This document shows, one piece after another, positions 12,138 through 25,458 of a stretch of 64,000 nt of DNA; the first letter of the stretch is position 1; each line of letters opens with the position of its first letter. The stretch is from Trichoplax sp. H2 (taxonomy: Eukaryota). The position numbers and the translations under genes were made by a program. The stretch is taken from NCBI GenBank assembly GCA_003344405.1, contig NOWV01000018.1, positions 744,001 through 808,000 on the forward strand, given 5' to 3'. A model generated the notes under the pieces. It ran no database searches, was not told where the DNA came from, and saw only the letters and a program-made list of their open reading frames with translations.

Positions 12138-13262
12138 ATGGAGCTAGACGTAAGTTCGAAATTTCAAGCATTTATTGAACAGTAGCAATACTACTTCGTA
12201 TCTTTAAAGTCTGATGATGTATGCTCGTATGTGTCTTGCTAAATCGTAAGTTCATTCGTGTCATAATACTATACTACCAATAGGGTTAACAGTAAAGCGA
12301 TCCTTAAGCAAGCAGCTCTCCAATACAGTACGCATATTGCTTGCAGTTCTATGATAATAATGTACAGTAACTAATAAGCATATCAACGACTATGTTGATG
12401 ATGCACAACATAGAAAAGACATGAGAGTTGGCCACGCAGTGACTGTAATGAGATCATGTAATCATTCTAAGATGATCAATATATCGCTGAATGCTTAGCA
12501 ACACGTTATCATAGTATGCGCTCTGGCCATAGGCGTATTAACAGTAAGTTAAGTCAATCAATCACTTTTTGTATCGTATCAGTCCACTACTATGGAATAG
12601 TAAAACAATCAGAAGGGTCCGATAGGAGGAAATATTGTAGTCTGGTAGCAACCAAGATGCACCGATACTGTAGTATTGAAGCTGCAACATAATTGCTTAA
12701 TTGAGAAAATTCAAATTTTGAATTAAAAGTAAATAATCAGCCTCAATCACCTAATTCATCTCTTTACTGTGTATCAACACTTTACTGTTGCAGTGTCATG
12801 CATGCATGTACGGTACATTATTTGTTATCAATCATTTATACATATCTTAACATCCGACTTTTAGATTAAGTTATTATTCTTTGCCGAAAGTCGAGAATTG
12901 GTGGGTAGTAATCAAGGCAATATTATTGTGAAAGAGGCAGCGTTGAGAAACCTCACTGGAAGGACACTGATAAGTCTTATAACTGAAAAATACTCAAAGT
13001 AAATTTAAATTTATCTGGTTACTCTAGTACGGTGCAAACCATCTGATCTGTAGCAGTAGATTCATTCGAAGATTTTTTTTACACGATTCTACAGTCTTGA
13101 GCTGCTACTAATGTAAATTATTAAAAAATGAAATATAGATTACAACCTCTTGCAAATAACCTAATTGTTGCAGTGAACGAACAATACCTTGAAGGTGATT
13201 CAACTGTTGAGCTAAAAAGAGGAGATACAATTGCTATTATTCCTCCGCTTAGTGGTGGATAA
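12138..13262 (+). CDS. MOCS2: Molybdopterin synthase sulfur-carrier subunit MOCS2A (MoaD/ThiS family), 89 aa; exons 12138-12149, 12865-12998, 13139-13262
   Basis: The spliced product is MELD|IKLLFFAESRELVG...AVNEQY...DTIAIIPPLSGG*, ending in the diagnostic di-glycine PPxSGG. The first 4-codon exon is the least certain part. Confidence 0.9.
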
Positions 13263-13830
13263 CTATACTTTGTAAGTAGCATCACGATTTGAGCCTGAGC
13301 TAGCTGTAATTTGAAGTTGATACTATTCCAATCGATCCGTAGAGTATCGTTTTATGCTATGTTAGTTGACTATGAATGATAATTATCTCTTCAACTTGAT
13401 AAGTATACCTCATTCTATTATCCATTAATACAACTGGCTTAGTATTACATCGGAAGTCAACTTTACATTTATTAGTTATGGTTATACCGTATATTTTCAT
13501 CACATAATGTTTTCTTTTTGTTATAATTGACTACATTTCTGGACTAATTATGGATGTAATAAGTATCGCCTCATTGCTTCTTCACTTAGCCGTTTGAAGT
13601 TCAAAAACAAGCAGATAGTAATTTTTAGACAACTTAAAATGATTTCGCATATTTGCGATAGTTAAATCACTTCTAGATTGTCACTGTATACTCACTGCTG
13701 TTTTATTTGTCAGTCTATATATACATTTATTGTTTAGCTCCTTTTAACGATTATTTATGTAAAAGCTTGGGCTTGCTCAATCTTAGATTGATGCTATTAC
13801 ATACCAATTTAGGTATATACTAAGGACATA

Positions 13831-14861
13831 ATGGCCCAGGTGACGAATGATGCAGACATAATTGAAATTTGTCATGAACCTCTTGATATAGCGAAATTAT
13901 CGTCCCTGGTGTCGACGCCGTCAGCTGGAGCAATTTCAACCTTTACCGGTAAGCTAATTATTACAACATCATATTGCAACACTTGTCTATTTCAGTAAGG
14001 AAAAGAATCTAGATTGCCGATACTAATGTTTTGATATACGCAATTTAGGAATTACAAGAGACAATTTTGAAGGTTAGTTTCAACTATTGATAACTGTATG
14101 CTGTACTAACGTCTTAGTATAATAAGCCAACGGTACCTTATATGTTATATTATATGTCGTTGAGCGGATATTAAGTTCAATGATAAAATCCTCAGAACAG
14201 CCCTAGCTTTGATAAGTTTAAATGCAATTACTATCGGGTCAGCTATCCTTAAGAAACATGATAGCAACATAATAAAATCTTCTGTTGAATAACTGCAGGA
14301 AAGAAAGTTCTGAGGTTAGAGTACGATGCTTATATTCCTATGGCGATGTCAGAGTTAAAGACAATTTGTGCTACCATTCGGAATAAGTGGGCAGTCAAAA
14401 AGATAGCCATTTTCCATCGGATTGGGTAAATACAGTACATTTTTAGTCAGTTGCAGTCGTTATTATTACACAGAAATATACGGCCGTACTCGAGAAAAAA
14501 TTATCTCTATATGGGCACTATTGTTGCTAAATTAGCTTTATGTAATTCCACGTTTTAGCCTTGTTCCTGTTGAAGAGGCTAGCGTTATCATAGCAATTTC
14601 CTCAGCACACAGAGCCGATAGCTTGGCAGCTGTTCAGTTTTGTATTGATACTCTTAAAGCGAAAGTGCCAATATGGAAGAAGGTCATCTTACGATCGCCA
14701 AATATACCTATATTGTCTCTACTAGCTCTTATACAGTAAATTTAATGCCTGGCTAAACTGATAATTAGTTAACCCATTTCACTGCCAATATTTAGGAGAT
14801 TTATGAAGATGGTAGCACTTGGAAGGAGAATCGTGAATGTAGTTGGTCTCAATCAAAATAA
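13831..14861 (+). CDS. MOCS2: Molybdopterin synthase catalytic subunit MOCS2B (MoaE family), 152 aa; exons 13831-13948, 14049-14072, 14299-14425, 14559-14682, 14796-14861
   Basis: MoaE motifs [49 protein letters not shown] and [16 protein letters not shown]...WKENREC; all introns are GT-AG. Confidence 0.95.
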
Positions 14862-15484
14862 AGTATAACAATTTCAAGCTTCAAATTGTTGTAACGTTTC
14901 GCCTTGCGATCTAATTTTGCCAATTAAAATACAGACAAAATAAGTATAAGTATAATGCTAACGAAATAGTGTAAATGGAGATTACACGGCTGGATGGCAG
15001 CTCAATAACTTGTCCAATAATTATAATGTATTCTTTCCGTGACTATTTAACACCTTTCATGTTTTCAGGCTACTAAATTTAAATTGATATTTTTATGCAC
15101 CTCCTTTTTAAATAATTATGAAAATATACATTCAGCCAACCACATTATTAATTGTAGCATAATATGGTCTATCTAACGCAAAATTTAGGCTTTTGTCATA
15201 AATAAGAAATTATAGTTTTAATATTGCCATGAATTGTCGTGTAACAAGTATTCAATTTCAATAATCCAGTCCAGCACATTATCAAAAGGTTAGGTCAAGA
15301 ACCGAATGCAAAAAATTTATCAAAAATAATTTGAGCACTGGGTATTGTAATAGTATTTACTTTAACGTTCACTTTTAGCAGAAGTTATTACATGGTCTTT
15401 GAATATTTATATATAGTTATATTTATATCGATATAATTTTATGTACAACGATTAAAATCAATCAATTGATTCAATAAAGTAAGG

Positions 15485-18400
15485 CTACTTTGCTGTCAAG
15501 TCTTTTGCTTGCACTCTTGATAAATATAAGAATGTCCTCAAACTGAAAATCGTTGCATCAACCTGCATTTCACTGTAGTCCAATCTGTTTAATAAAATAT
15601 TACATTATACATATATATATATATATATAAGAATGGTCTCTAAGCTATGCACATAAAACTAAAAGATCACCTGTCAAATTTTTCACGTAAAATTTTTAAT
15701 TGCTGGCTTTCAATGGGCGTAATGGATTCTTCTAATTCTCTGATAGTTTCATCAATACTAACATTACCATCAGTATTAGCTAATACAGATTTCTTCATAG
15801 TCTTCAATCGCTCAGATTTGTCTAATAATCGCCTGTAGAAGAGTGACATAGTTATATTAATAGTACCATATCATACAAAACAAAATTGTAACATTTCACG
15901 TTGCCTGTTGGAGTTAACTTCCCAATCGCGTCTAATAATAGAGTTTGCAATAGCCTGTGGCAAGAATAAACATGCATTGAGAACATTGTCAGAATAATTT
16001 TTATTCACAAACGATTAGCTATAAATATTACTTGAGGAAATTAACAAGAGTAAGATACCTTGTATGATCGACTTAAAACTACAGTACAAGTATCCAAAAT
16101 ATCGAGACTAAATAGATGAAAAGTTTTAGAAGCAACACAATCCAGGCTGCGTGGAATCTCCTAAATCGGAGAATAATTAATAGGGTCAGATAAGCCATGC
16201 CAAATATTAAATAACAACGTTGATTTAGTACCTGCATTCTAATGAATTTCTCAACCATTAAGGTATATAAAATAGCTTTAGCATCTTTTGACGGCAGCAT
16301 AGCCATATCACAAATTTTTTTCTGCTCTAAGCTCTTTTTATGAACTATGATTCGAAAGATGCGACCAAAGTTTGAACCAAATCTGTATAAAATTATAATA
16401 ATCTCTCAATCTATTAAAATGAAGTTGAATATCTAATATGCAATAAAATGGTTCTTCTTACCTTTGTTGTACAAGGCATTCTAAAGTCCTCTTTACTATT
16501 TCGGAAAAGATGTGGAGTATATCTGGATCACCAGTGTTAAGTTGCTAACAATCACTTATTTGCAAACAATGCTTACAAATTATAATATTACAAATCCACA
16601 TTAAATATTCCAATGACTAAGAGTTGTAAATTTAAAGTGGTCCTGAATGTGTTAATTAATTTGCTTTAGCTAAAAATGCCAGTTGGTAAAGATACTGACT
16701 GTATAATCAGGACTGGTACCAGAAAGAATCTTGATAGTACACAAAATAAGCAATTGCCCAATATTTATGAAGTAAAGATTTAAATTTGTTAGCAAAAAGT
16801 CCCAACAATGAGCCATTCTTATTTCTAATCAAAATAATGATTGTTTTTAAGCTATTGATTTATTAGATTACTTTATCCTCGTGTAAAATTGTCAAATATT
16901 CTTCTAGTATTGATTTGGTTACATTAACTTCTTTAGGAAGGTGAGATTTAATCTATAAATTAATCATAGCACAGTCGATGGTTACTGAAATTATTTACTT
17001 ATCATGGCTATCAACAACTTACCTCCTTTAACCGAACTGCGTTTGTTATAATATCACTTTCTTGTGGATTAGCATCTAATTCAAGCATGCTCCTCATAAT
17101 AGCCGCAGCAATCTATAATGAGAAGGAATCATTGAAGTAGTTTATGACAGTGGCATAACGCCACATTAAATTGAAATTTGTTAGCCTTTAGTATTTATTT
17201 TACTAAGGTAAGAATTTAGATGTAAGAGAAATTAGTATCATACATACCGAGTCATATTTTTTACCGATCACTTCAACAATCATCTATAATAAAACGTAAG
17301 ACAGCAATCGCTTAGTTATTTAGCAAATGTTACTTATACGGCCAATATATGTCGGAATAAGGTCCGTTAGCGATAAAAGTAATACCTCATTTCTAAAGTG
17401 AATATGAAATCTGCTAAAGTTAACACGCCAAAAGGATTGTGATTCATCTATGGAAGGCTAGGATAAAAAGAGTGATAAACGGGTCAACAAATGACGTCGC
17501 TATAAGAAATGTAAGAATAGATGTAGTAGATTTGCTTACCATATAATTTATTTCATTCGTCCTTTTAAATCAATTTTAATTTTAAATAGAAAGAATCCAA
17601 TTAAAGAAGACTAGTCAATAAAATAGCAATAAATCTGTAAGCTGATAACACTATTATTTATAGCTCCCTTACCCTTCTTCTAGATGAAGTCGTTTACTAA
17701 CAGGAGCACTGGGAATATCTTCTGATCTTTGACGTTTATTACCTATTTATTGGTATGTGAAAATGTTGATAATTATATTATAGCATTTAAATGCAGTAAA
17801 TCATGAGCCAAGTCGATTGTACAGGAATCGCCGATTGCGAGCTTTACTAATTCACAGATAAATGCTATCGTGTAATTTCAATTACCTTTTTTGGGCGTAG
17901 AAACCTCTTCACTTGGTTTATTATTGGTAGTAGGTGTCATTTTATCAACTTGTTCAACTTCACTTTTCACTAGCATTCTTCCACCCCCTACTTCGATAAT
18001 GAAGTTATTTCTAGCTAATTCATCAAAAGCCGTATCGACTTCAGTGGGATCTATTTATCAAATTCAAAGTGCAATAATAAAATAAGCCATCATTCCGAGT
18101 AAATGCATACTTACAGTACAAGGCGTCGAGTAGCAAATATACCTTGATAGTTATCTCTACGTATGATATCACTTAAGGAGTGACAACTGGCTATACTACA
18201 ACAAGCTAGATTAATGAGTATCTCAGAGCATTCGATCTTTTACAGGAATATAAAAAGTTAATTACTAGCTTCAGTCAAGTAGTTGGTGAAAGCCAGGCCA
18301 GGCCTTTATAGTGTGGACTAGTATTATTAATTAATTTTATTATTATAAGAAGAAGCTCAATGAATTACCTGGAGGAGTATTATCTTTTTCTACGATGTCG

Positions 18401-18955
18401 GCTAATCTACTTTTTATTTGATCTAAGAGTTCGTTCTTGATTATTTGACCATTTAGCAGTATTTCTTCAACGATTAATTCAGCGATATCACCAAAGAGAA
18501 ATTTGCTAGCGTAAATATAGCGAGGATACCGGTTGCATAACAGAATTCGATCGATCTTTAATCGATAGAGGTAGCCGTTGGTATTACTGAGCGTGTAATC
18601 AATCAGATCATGTTGCAAGAGGATACACAAGGAGTTTTTCACCTAATAAGTGGATCAGAAGACAGGAAAATAAGGGTAAAGAAAATGTTCAAGGTTATTT
18701 ACCTGATGGATAATTAGAACTTTCCATCTTCAAGTCAATTTATTACACTATCATACACGTATTCTTTCATCTGGTAGCAAAGCAAGCATGCCTACCATTC
18801 AAGATACAGACCTCATCCTTGCTCAACTTGGATCGTTGAATAATATCTCTCAGTGGTGCTCCACCTTTTTGAGCTAAACAGCTTACAACATGCTCTACTA
18901 CTTCTCCAAATAGAAGTCGTGCTAACTTGATAACACATAAGTTGATATCAGACAT
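15485..18955 (-). CDS. POLR3C: RNA polymerase III subunit RPC3/RPC62, multi-exon
   Basis: Segments FGEVVEHV, VKNSLCILLQH, RYPRYIY...FGDIAELIVEEILLNG, FWRVNFSRFHIHFRNE, RFGSNFGRIFRII, AMLPSKDAKAILY and LDYSEMQVDATIF all resemble RPC62. The short central exons are not fully resolved. Confidence 0.92.
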
Positions 18956-21452
18956 TGGACAGTAATGCAATAAGTTAAAGACGCGATTGGGAAAGATTGG
19001 CCTAATTTCGACCAGCTAACAGAAACCGTGAGATATCACGGTGTTGAGCAATTTTACGATACTGTACCGTACCATACCGTACCGTACCGTACCGCGCCGT
19101 ACCGTACCGTAGTGCAGTGTCTGGCGTCGTGTACAGTGTACAGTATAACATTGCACAGTATACTGTAGATGCAATACTGTACACTGTGCAGTTCGTGAAT
19201 GGATCTCCATAGTTTGTTCATAGCTTGGACCATTCGAAGATGGATTTGTGATATTTTTAGAAGTGCATTAACGCTAGCATAACTTCCTACTGCACATTCA
19301 ATCACATACTGTAGAGGCAAGAGAAAAGAAGTTCATTACAGATTTACAGTTGTTGTGCACGAAGGAGTTGTAGGATCAAGGACTGCTAAATAGAAAGAGA
19401 TTACTAGAAGGATTAGCGTTTTAGTTTGCTGTGTAACGATCAAGTTGGTTGCGGGTATTAATTGAAGTAGTACGGTATAGTGGAGAGCAGTAGGAACACG
19501 GAGAATGAAAAATTCGACTGCTGTTTACTTGCATCTTGAGCTCGCAATCTTGTCTTCATCTTGCACATCTGAATAAAGTGTGAACATATTTCTTCTCATA
19601 CCTTGGATATCTCACCTTCTTGCCATAGAGCCCTACTGCATTTACCATACTCGTATACTTGAGGTATAAAATAAAAGCTTAGGCAAAAAAGGTGTTGCAA
19701 TAGCAAGGATCACTCTCCTTTCGAGTAGTCCCTGGTGATAGCTAAGCTAAAGGCAAGCCTATAGAAATATTCAGTTGGTTGGACTAGAATTGGCCTGTAA
19801 ACATACTTATCATGAGGAAAGATATGCAACAATACAAGCGTATCACATTCACAAAATCAATAAAAGAACTTGTAGTAAATGCGTTTGTTTCCTTAAACTG
19901 GAAATACGATGTTAATTTTACAATGCTGCCCATGATACGTGCCACATTTGCAAGCATTCATTTTTATCTTTTCATAAATAGCGAAGAAATTCATTAAGCC
20001 AGAAGGTGCTTCTTGAAATAAGCACTGAAGTCGTATTAGGCAGCCCAATTTAAAATTAATAGTTTATTCTCTTAACTTAATCTTGTAGTACTAATTTTAC
20101 AATACTGCTAGCAGCAGCTCATTCTGACATAAAGTTACAATATATGCGACATTTATAAATCAATTATATTACTTGTAGTCTATACAATAGAAAAGCTAAT
20201 AAATGATGAAGTTGATCATAAAAAAAATATTACACTTAACTATTGGAACATAGTACTGAATTGCATTATACGGTATAACGATACTGTTGAACAATGTCGC
20301 TTCAGGAAGCGCCAGAAAGAATCAAAATTTTAACATTAAAATCCAACTTTGGATGTTACGTTATAATATGCAAATTAAAATGGTCATTCGATCAATATAT
20401 CGTAAAGTGATAAGAAAGATGTACATTGTACAGCTGTCATCATCGCATTTTACAACATCAATGTCGTACATGACTAAACATTAAATTCAAACATAATTTG
20501 GGTATAGCTTTATATGATACAGTTAGACAATCTCAATTGTCCTTCCATCATCGCTAATATGTTTATAAAAAAGTGCAAATGATATTATCATACGTTGTTC
20601 CATTAATATTATCGCTATTTCTTTCAACATTTTCAAAGGACATAATGTCAAGTCTATTATTAAGATTACCGTAAATTAGACGATTTCGATCATGAAATAA
20701 TAACACCAAATCGGATCAACAGATTAAATATATAGGCGTCTATCTACGTCAAGAATAAAATAGATGAAATGAATAGGATAGAGAAGCATATCTTGCTTTG
20801 GATTCTTAAAATAAAATCCAATAGATTATATTAGTCCAATTTCATACTAATAGCTCGAGTAATATTGTATCAAGGCATCGTTCAATCGTTATAAATAGAA
20901 ATAAAAAAGTCATTCTGTAAGAAAAATAGTACATGTGATTATAAAAATAATACAGTCTTTACCTCAAACTTAATTATATTCAATCTTTTTCAACAAAATA
21001 ATATAAATTAAATAATTGCTAAAATACAGCCACGAATTGTCGTCTTTGGCGAAGGTAATACAATGCTTAAAAAGAATTTTCTTTACGTATTCACTCACTA
21101 CATTCTACACTTAGTAAACTCTTATTACAGCAATCATCATTTTAAATAATATAAGTAGTATGAATATCGTTCTAAGAAGATGAGTTCAACCATTAACCAA
21201 AGATCTTGCGAACTTATCCATTACATTATGAACAGTGCAGAATAGTTCTTGTGCGCCAGCCTTTTTTTCTATACCACTTCTAAATGATGGATGTAATTGT
21301 AAATGTTATAAAAGTAATTCTATAGTTGAGAAATTGATTTGCAGCCATATTAATTCGTTATACAGTACATAAAAAACCCAGACAACTACCAACCTACTAC
21401 TTAGAAATTGAAGGGTTAAACTTTACTTACCTGTAGACAGAGTCGTGCTTTG

Positions 21453-24400
21453 TTAATCTTCTTCCTTAATAGCATCAGCGTTTCCGTAACGAAAGCTTCT
21501 AGCTTGTACTCGATTCATCGATTCCCAAACATCAGCACCAAATAAGTGTGAAAAATCGCGTCGTAGAAACCCCATTATAACTCTATCAATTCTATACAAG
21601 ATAAAATAGAATAAATTATGATTTAATAATAAATGCCTGTAAAATTTTTTATATTTATCATACTCGATTAATATAATAGTAAGCCTAAGCATTAACATAT
21701 TATTACAGTTTGGAACAATAAAACCATGATTGAATAGCTGTCTAAACTAAATACCAATAATTAGCGCTAATTAATTGATAGATGGTACATTGGTCATACT
21801 TAGTAGGAAATTCCATCATCACGTTATGGCCTGCTTCTTCCACAATTTCAATATCAGATCCATAAATAACCTATAGCAGAAATGATGGTAGCATGAACAT
21901 AAGTATGGCGTAATAATACTCTGAGATTATATGCAGTATTAGAACTTTGCATCTAAAGGTTAAGAAAACCAAAATTTAAAATATGTTATCTTAGCGGTTA
22001 CAATTTCTATTTTACCTCCTGCAATTTTAGATCCTCTTCAGTATCGACTAATTTATCCTGTTCACCATGGATAATTAAAACTGGCAGATGTAATTCGTGA
22101 TAATAACTTTCATCTCCTTCCTCCCAAATCTAATGTAAATGATTATTTATCAATCACAGTTTCGTAATTTTTAAATTATTCTCATAATATGAAAGGGTAT
22201 AAAAAATAAATATCGTGACACGATGATCTCATTTCCTTTAATAAGAATATTTCCTTATTTATATAGCAATTAACATCTGTGATCGCTACTTTGTGAATCT
22301 CACCTGTCCAAGCATCGTATGTTTAAGGGCGTAAGGGCGGACTAAAAATCCTCTCTTTTTAACTTTGACAGTATTATGCTTCGCATATGCATTCCTAATA
22401 ATCATCATGAATAAAAAATGGACATATTTTGTTAATCTGGTCTAATATCATCACTTAAATTCCATAATGCTTTCTTATATGATGGCAGAAAATCAATCAC
22501 GATAGAACATAAATCAGATAAAACTGTATTTTAAACTTAAACTATTAACCAAAATAAGAAAGCATTAATGAATAAAGATAATTTAGCAGTAAATTATAAA
22601 CAATAAGACAGTGTATTAAACTCATAGATATGGGTTTAATATACTATTTTACTGTTAATACATCATAGTGATTAATAGACTTATATCATAGAACAGCATA
22701 CATCTGCAAAAATATCACCCAAAATTTGTCATTATCTAGTATAATGCGAAAAAGTTGATTGAAATTACTTGAGAACTTTTAGTCATTAATTTTTCCAGTC
22801 ATGCTCGAAGTAATTATAAATGATTACTATATTACACTGTTCCATACTTGAAGCAGGCTAGAAATTTTAAGCACAACAAGAAATTCATACTTGCAACATA
22901 GATCAATATATGAATACTAGGATTGGCCATGAACATATTATAGACTAAATTTATTATAGTATACACAGATCTATCATTATTGCTGTTCCAAAATTATGAT
23001 ACTGAGATAAATACCTTGACATAAGAAATATTATTAAAAGTTGTATATAATATTAATGCGTACCGGTTTAAACTCGATTGTAATTTAATGAAATTGACGT
23101 TTAAAAGGCGAATAATTAACGAGTGATAGACGTATATAATCAAATACTAATAGTTCAATTTCACGAAGTGAATATCTATATAATTAGAACCTGTATTATA
23201 GCCAATGGAAATGCTACTTTTATCACTAGATGATACCATCTTTCTAACTAAAGGAACGTTTTCGCTAGTAGGCTCTAGTCAATGCTGTTACAATAATACA
23301 GTATAGCAAACACAGTAATCATAACCACAGCCGCTCCAGCACAGCAGGGATTTAGTACGGATACAAATTTGAGAGAAATAAAAGAATCAAGTAGATATTA
23401 CAGAAAGTAAACGATGGTGGCACCTTTCCGATAATTGATGTTTAGTCGAGGAGAAGATTAAAGAAAAGGAATGAACGAGCTTATAAAAATTGACAATATC
23501 GTACCACAGCAGCTAATTATAGACATGAGCCTAAGATTGTGTTCTCGATTGCTTTGAAGAAGCTAGTGATGTGAAATAAAATTATACGCTAATGTCTAGT
23601 CAAAGGTATAGTGACAGACTAACTGATTAATATATAATAAGCATTTCAAGAAAGCTAAGAATGGAATGATTATTACGGTATCTAAAAAATGTAACTTTTC
23701 ATAGAAAAACTCCATTTTAGTTCTTTTAATTTTATCCATGAAATACTGTATATAACCAGAAATTTTATTGACAGTAAAATATAGCTTTACAAATAAAATT
23801 CCGTATTAATTTTTAACTTACCTAATAAAATGCTTTGAAACTAGGGGAAACACACACTTTAATAAAAGCATAGGCGATGAAAAGATACAACCTGGATGAG
23901 GTTGCAATGGTGAGGGTAGACCACAGCTTATGAGAACTATTTTTAAAACGCGATTTTGCCTTTCTCTTGCCGTCAACGCGCAAAAGGAAGATCTATTTTA
24001 AATTATAAAATAATACAAGACATTTATGTTAAATTGAATTTGAAATTCAAAATAGTAAATATCCTAGAATAGTAATATCTTATTCTACAGTATGAGAATA
24101 AGAAAAAAATAATACGCTAAGTCTGCGTATTGATAATGTTACTTTAGTAAATTAATTTTACAGTATAGAAAAATCGCGAAAGATAATTATAAAATAGAAT
24201 AGATTATTTCCTATAGAACACAACAGACAGTGACAACGACATCATTGATTGTTACTATAATAGAATTGATATTCTGTCACGGTGAATTAGATCTTATTGT
24301 TTGTATGCTTCACGAGCTTCAAGATATAAACAGATTGCTATTAAATGAAATTATCGGGATTTTCGGATTTGATTTTAAATGAATATAAGTCGAAAATGGA

Positions 24401-25458
24401 TAATTAAACCAGGTGGTAAAAAATAAATACATCAGTACACGTTTTATAAGAAGCTAATTTAGAAAATATTGATTTCAGTAAAGCTATCTACTTTGAATTT
24501 TTAGATATCGTATTGATTGAATCTGTCTATTACGCAGATATAAATTAGCAGTTGATTATATCATTGATAGTCGTAAATTGAGGATGACTAAGTTTTAAAA
24601 TAGTCGTGGTAGGAATATTCACTTCTATAAAGTATTTTAAAGGAATTATGCAGCTTATCAGATATATTGAAAGTTATTGGTGAACCAATAACTGCTGTTA
24701 TCTTATATTGTTGCGTAAAATTTCTTCGACGCAGGCATTATATTTGATGAATAGTGCTATTATCGAAACCAATTCCTCATTACAGTACTTAAAATGAATG
24801 ATAATCTTAAGGCAGTAGCAAAAAAGTAAGTCCGTCTTGAATGATAGGCTTATTTTTGACAGTATTGATGATAAATGAAGCATAAAAAATAAAATTTGGT
24901 GATGAGCTAATAATGTATGCCTACAAGTATGACCTTTGGCAATAGTCAACGCCTCCATTCGTTACGTAATAACGATATTAACCGGTTATTAAACAACTGA
25001 TTTACTTACCCATACGAATGTCCAACCAAAAAATTGTTTTTACGATGGCAGTAGCGATCGAATATAGATAATACATCTTTACTCATTTCTTCAAAAGTGT
25101 ATTTATTTTTTCCTCTCGGTGTATCACTGTTTCCATGTCCTAACAGATCTGGTGCAATGGCGATGTAACCATGACTGCTAAAATGTTCTAACTGTGATTG
25201 CCAGACTAAATGCGAACCTCCAACACCATGAATAAAAAATACTACAGGAGGATCAGCATTTTCCGATGTACTAGTATCATCGATCGTATTCAGATAATTT
25301 TCATCTGCCGGATTCGTTGCAGTTTGGCTATTTCTTCTTTTAATTGGTTTATAGATAGCAATATTTAGATATCGACCTAGTCGTACTTGAATTCTTCTAA
25401 TATCAAAGGTGTAGCGTCGTGGTAATACAACATGTTTAACTTTATTTTTCTTCGGCAT
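21453..25458 (-). CDS. ABHD8: Alpha/beta hydrolase ABHD8-like; 6 coding exons (approx. 25458-25010, 23992-23822, 22393-22284, 22129-22016, 21870-21801, 21592-21453)
   Basis: VVFFIHGVGGS, APDLLGHGNS, nucleophile elbow GHSYG, WEEGDESYYHELHLPVLIIHGEQDKLV (catalytic Asp) and EEAGHNVMME (catalytic His) closely follow ABHD8. Confidence 0.88.

Noticed and set aside
16050-16060. Other GTATCT donors (here, about 40006 and about 48879) as U12 introns
   Set aside because: They have good U2-type exon context and pyrimidine-rich acceptors with no CTTAAC branch near the 3' end.
15919-18993. Perfect 15-bp inverted match between the POLR3C upstream/5'UTR (18979-18993) and a distal exon (15919-15933)
   Set aside because: It does not extend beyond 15 bp, and a few such matches are expected by chance in 64 kb.
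19002-19320. Short ORFs rich in YGTVR/TVQY/CTVL (also 2496-2681, 11180-11451, 52168-52446)
   Set aside because: These are translation artefacts of the pentamer promoter motif clouds.
19380-19800. Exon-like segments on the minus strand with apparent splice sites
   Set aside because: Implied introns are only 30-46 nt and no coherent or recognisable ORF results.
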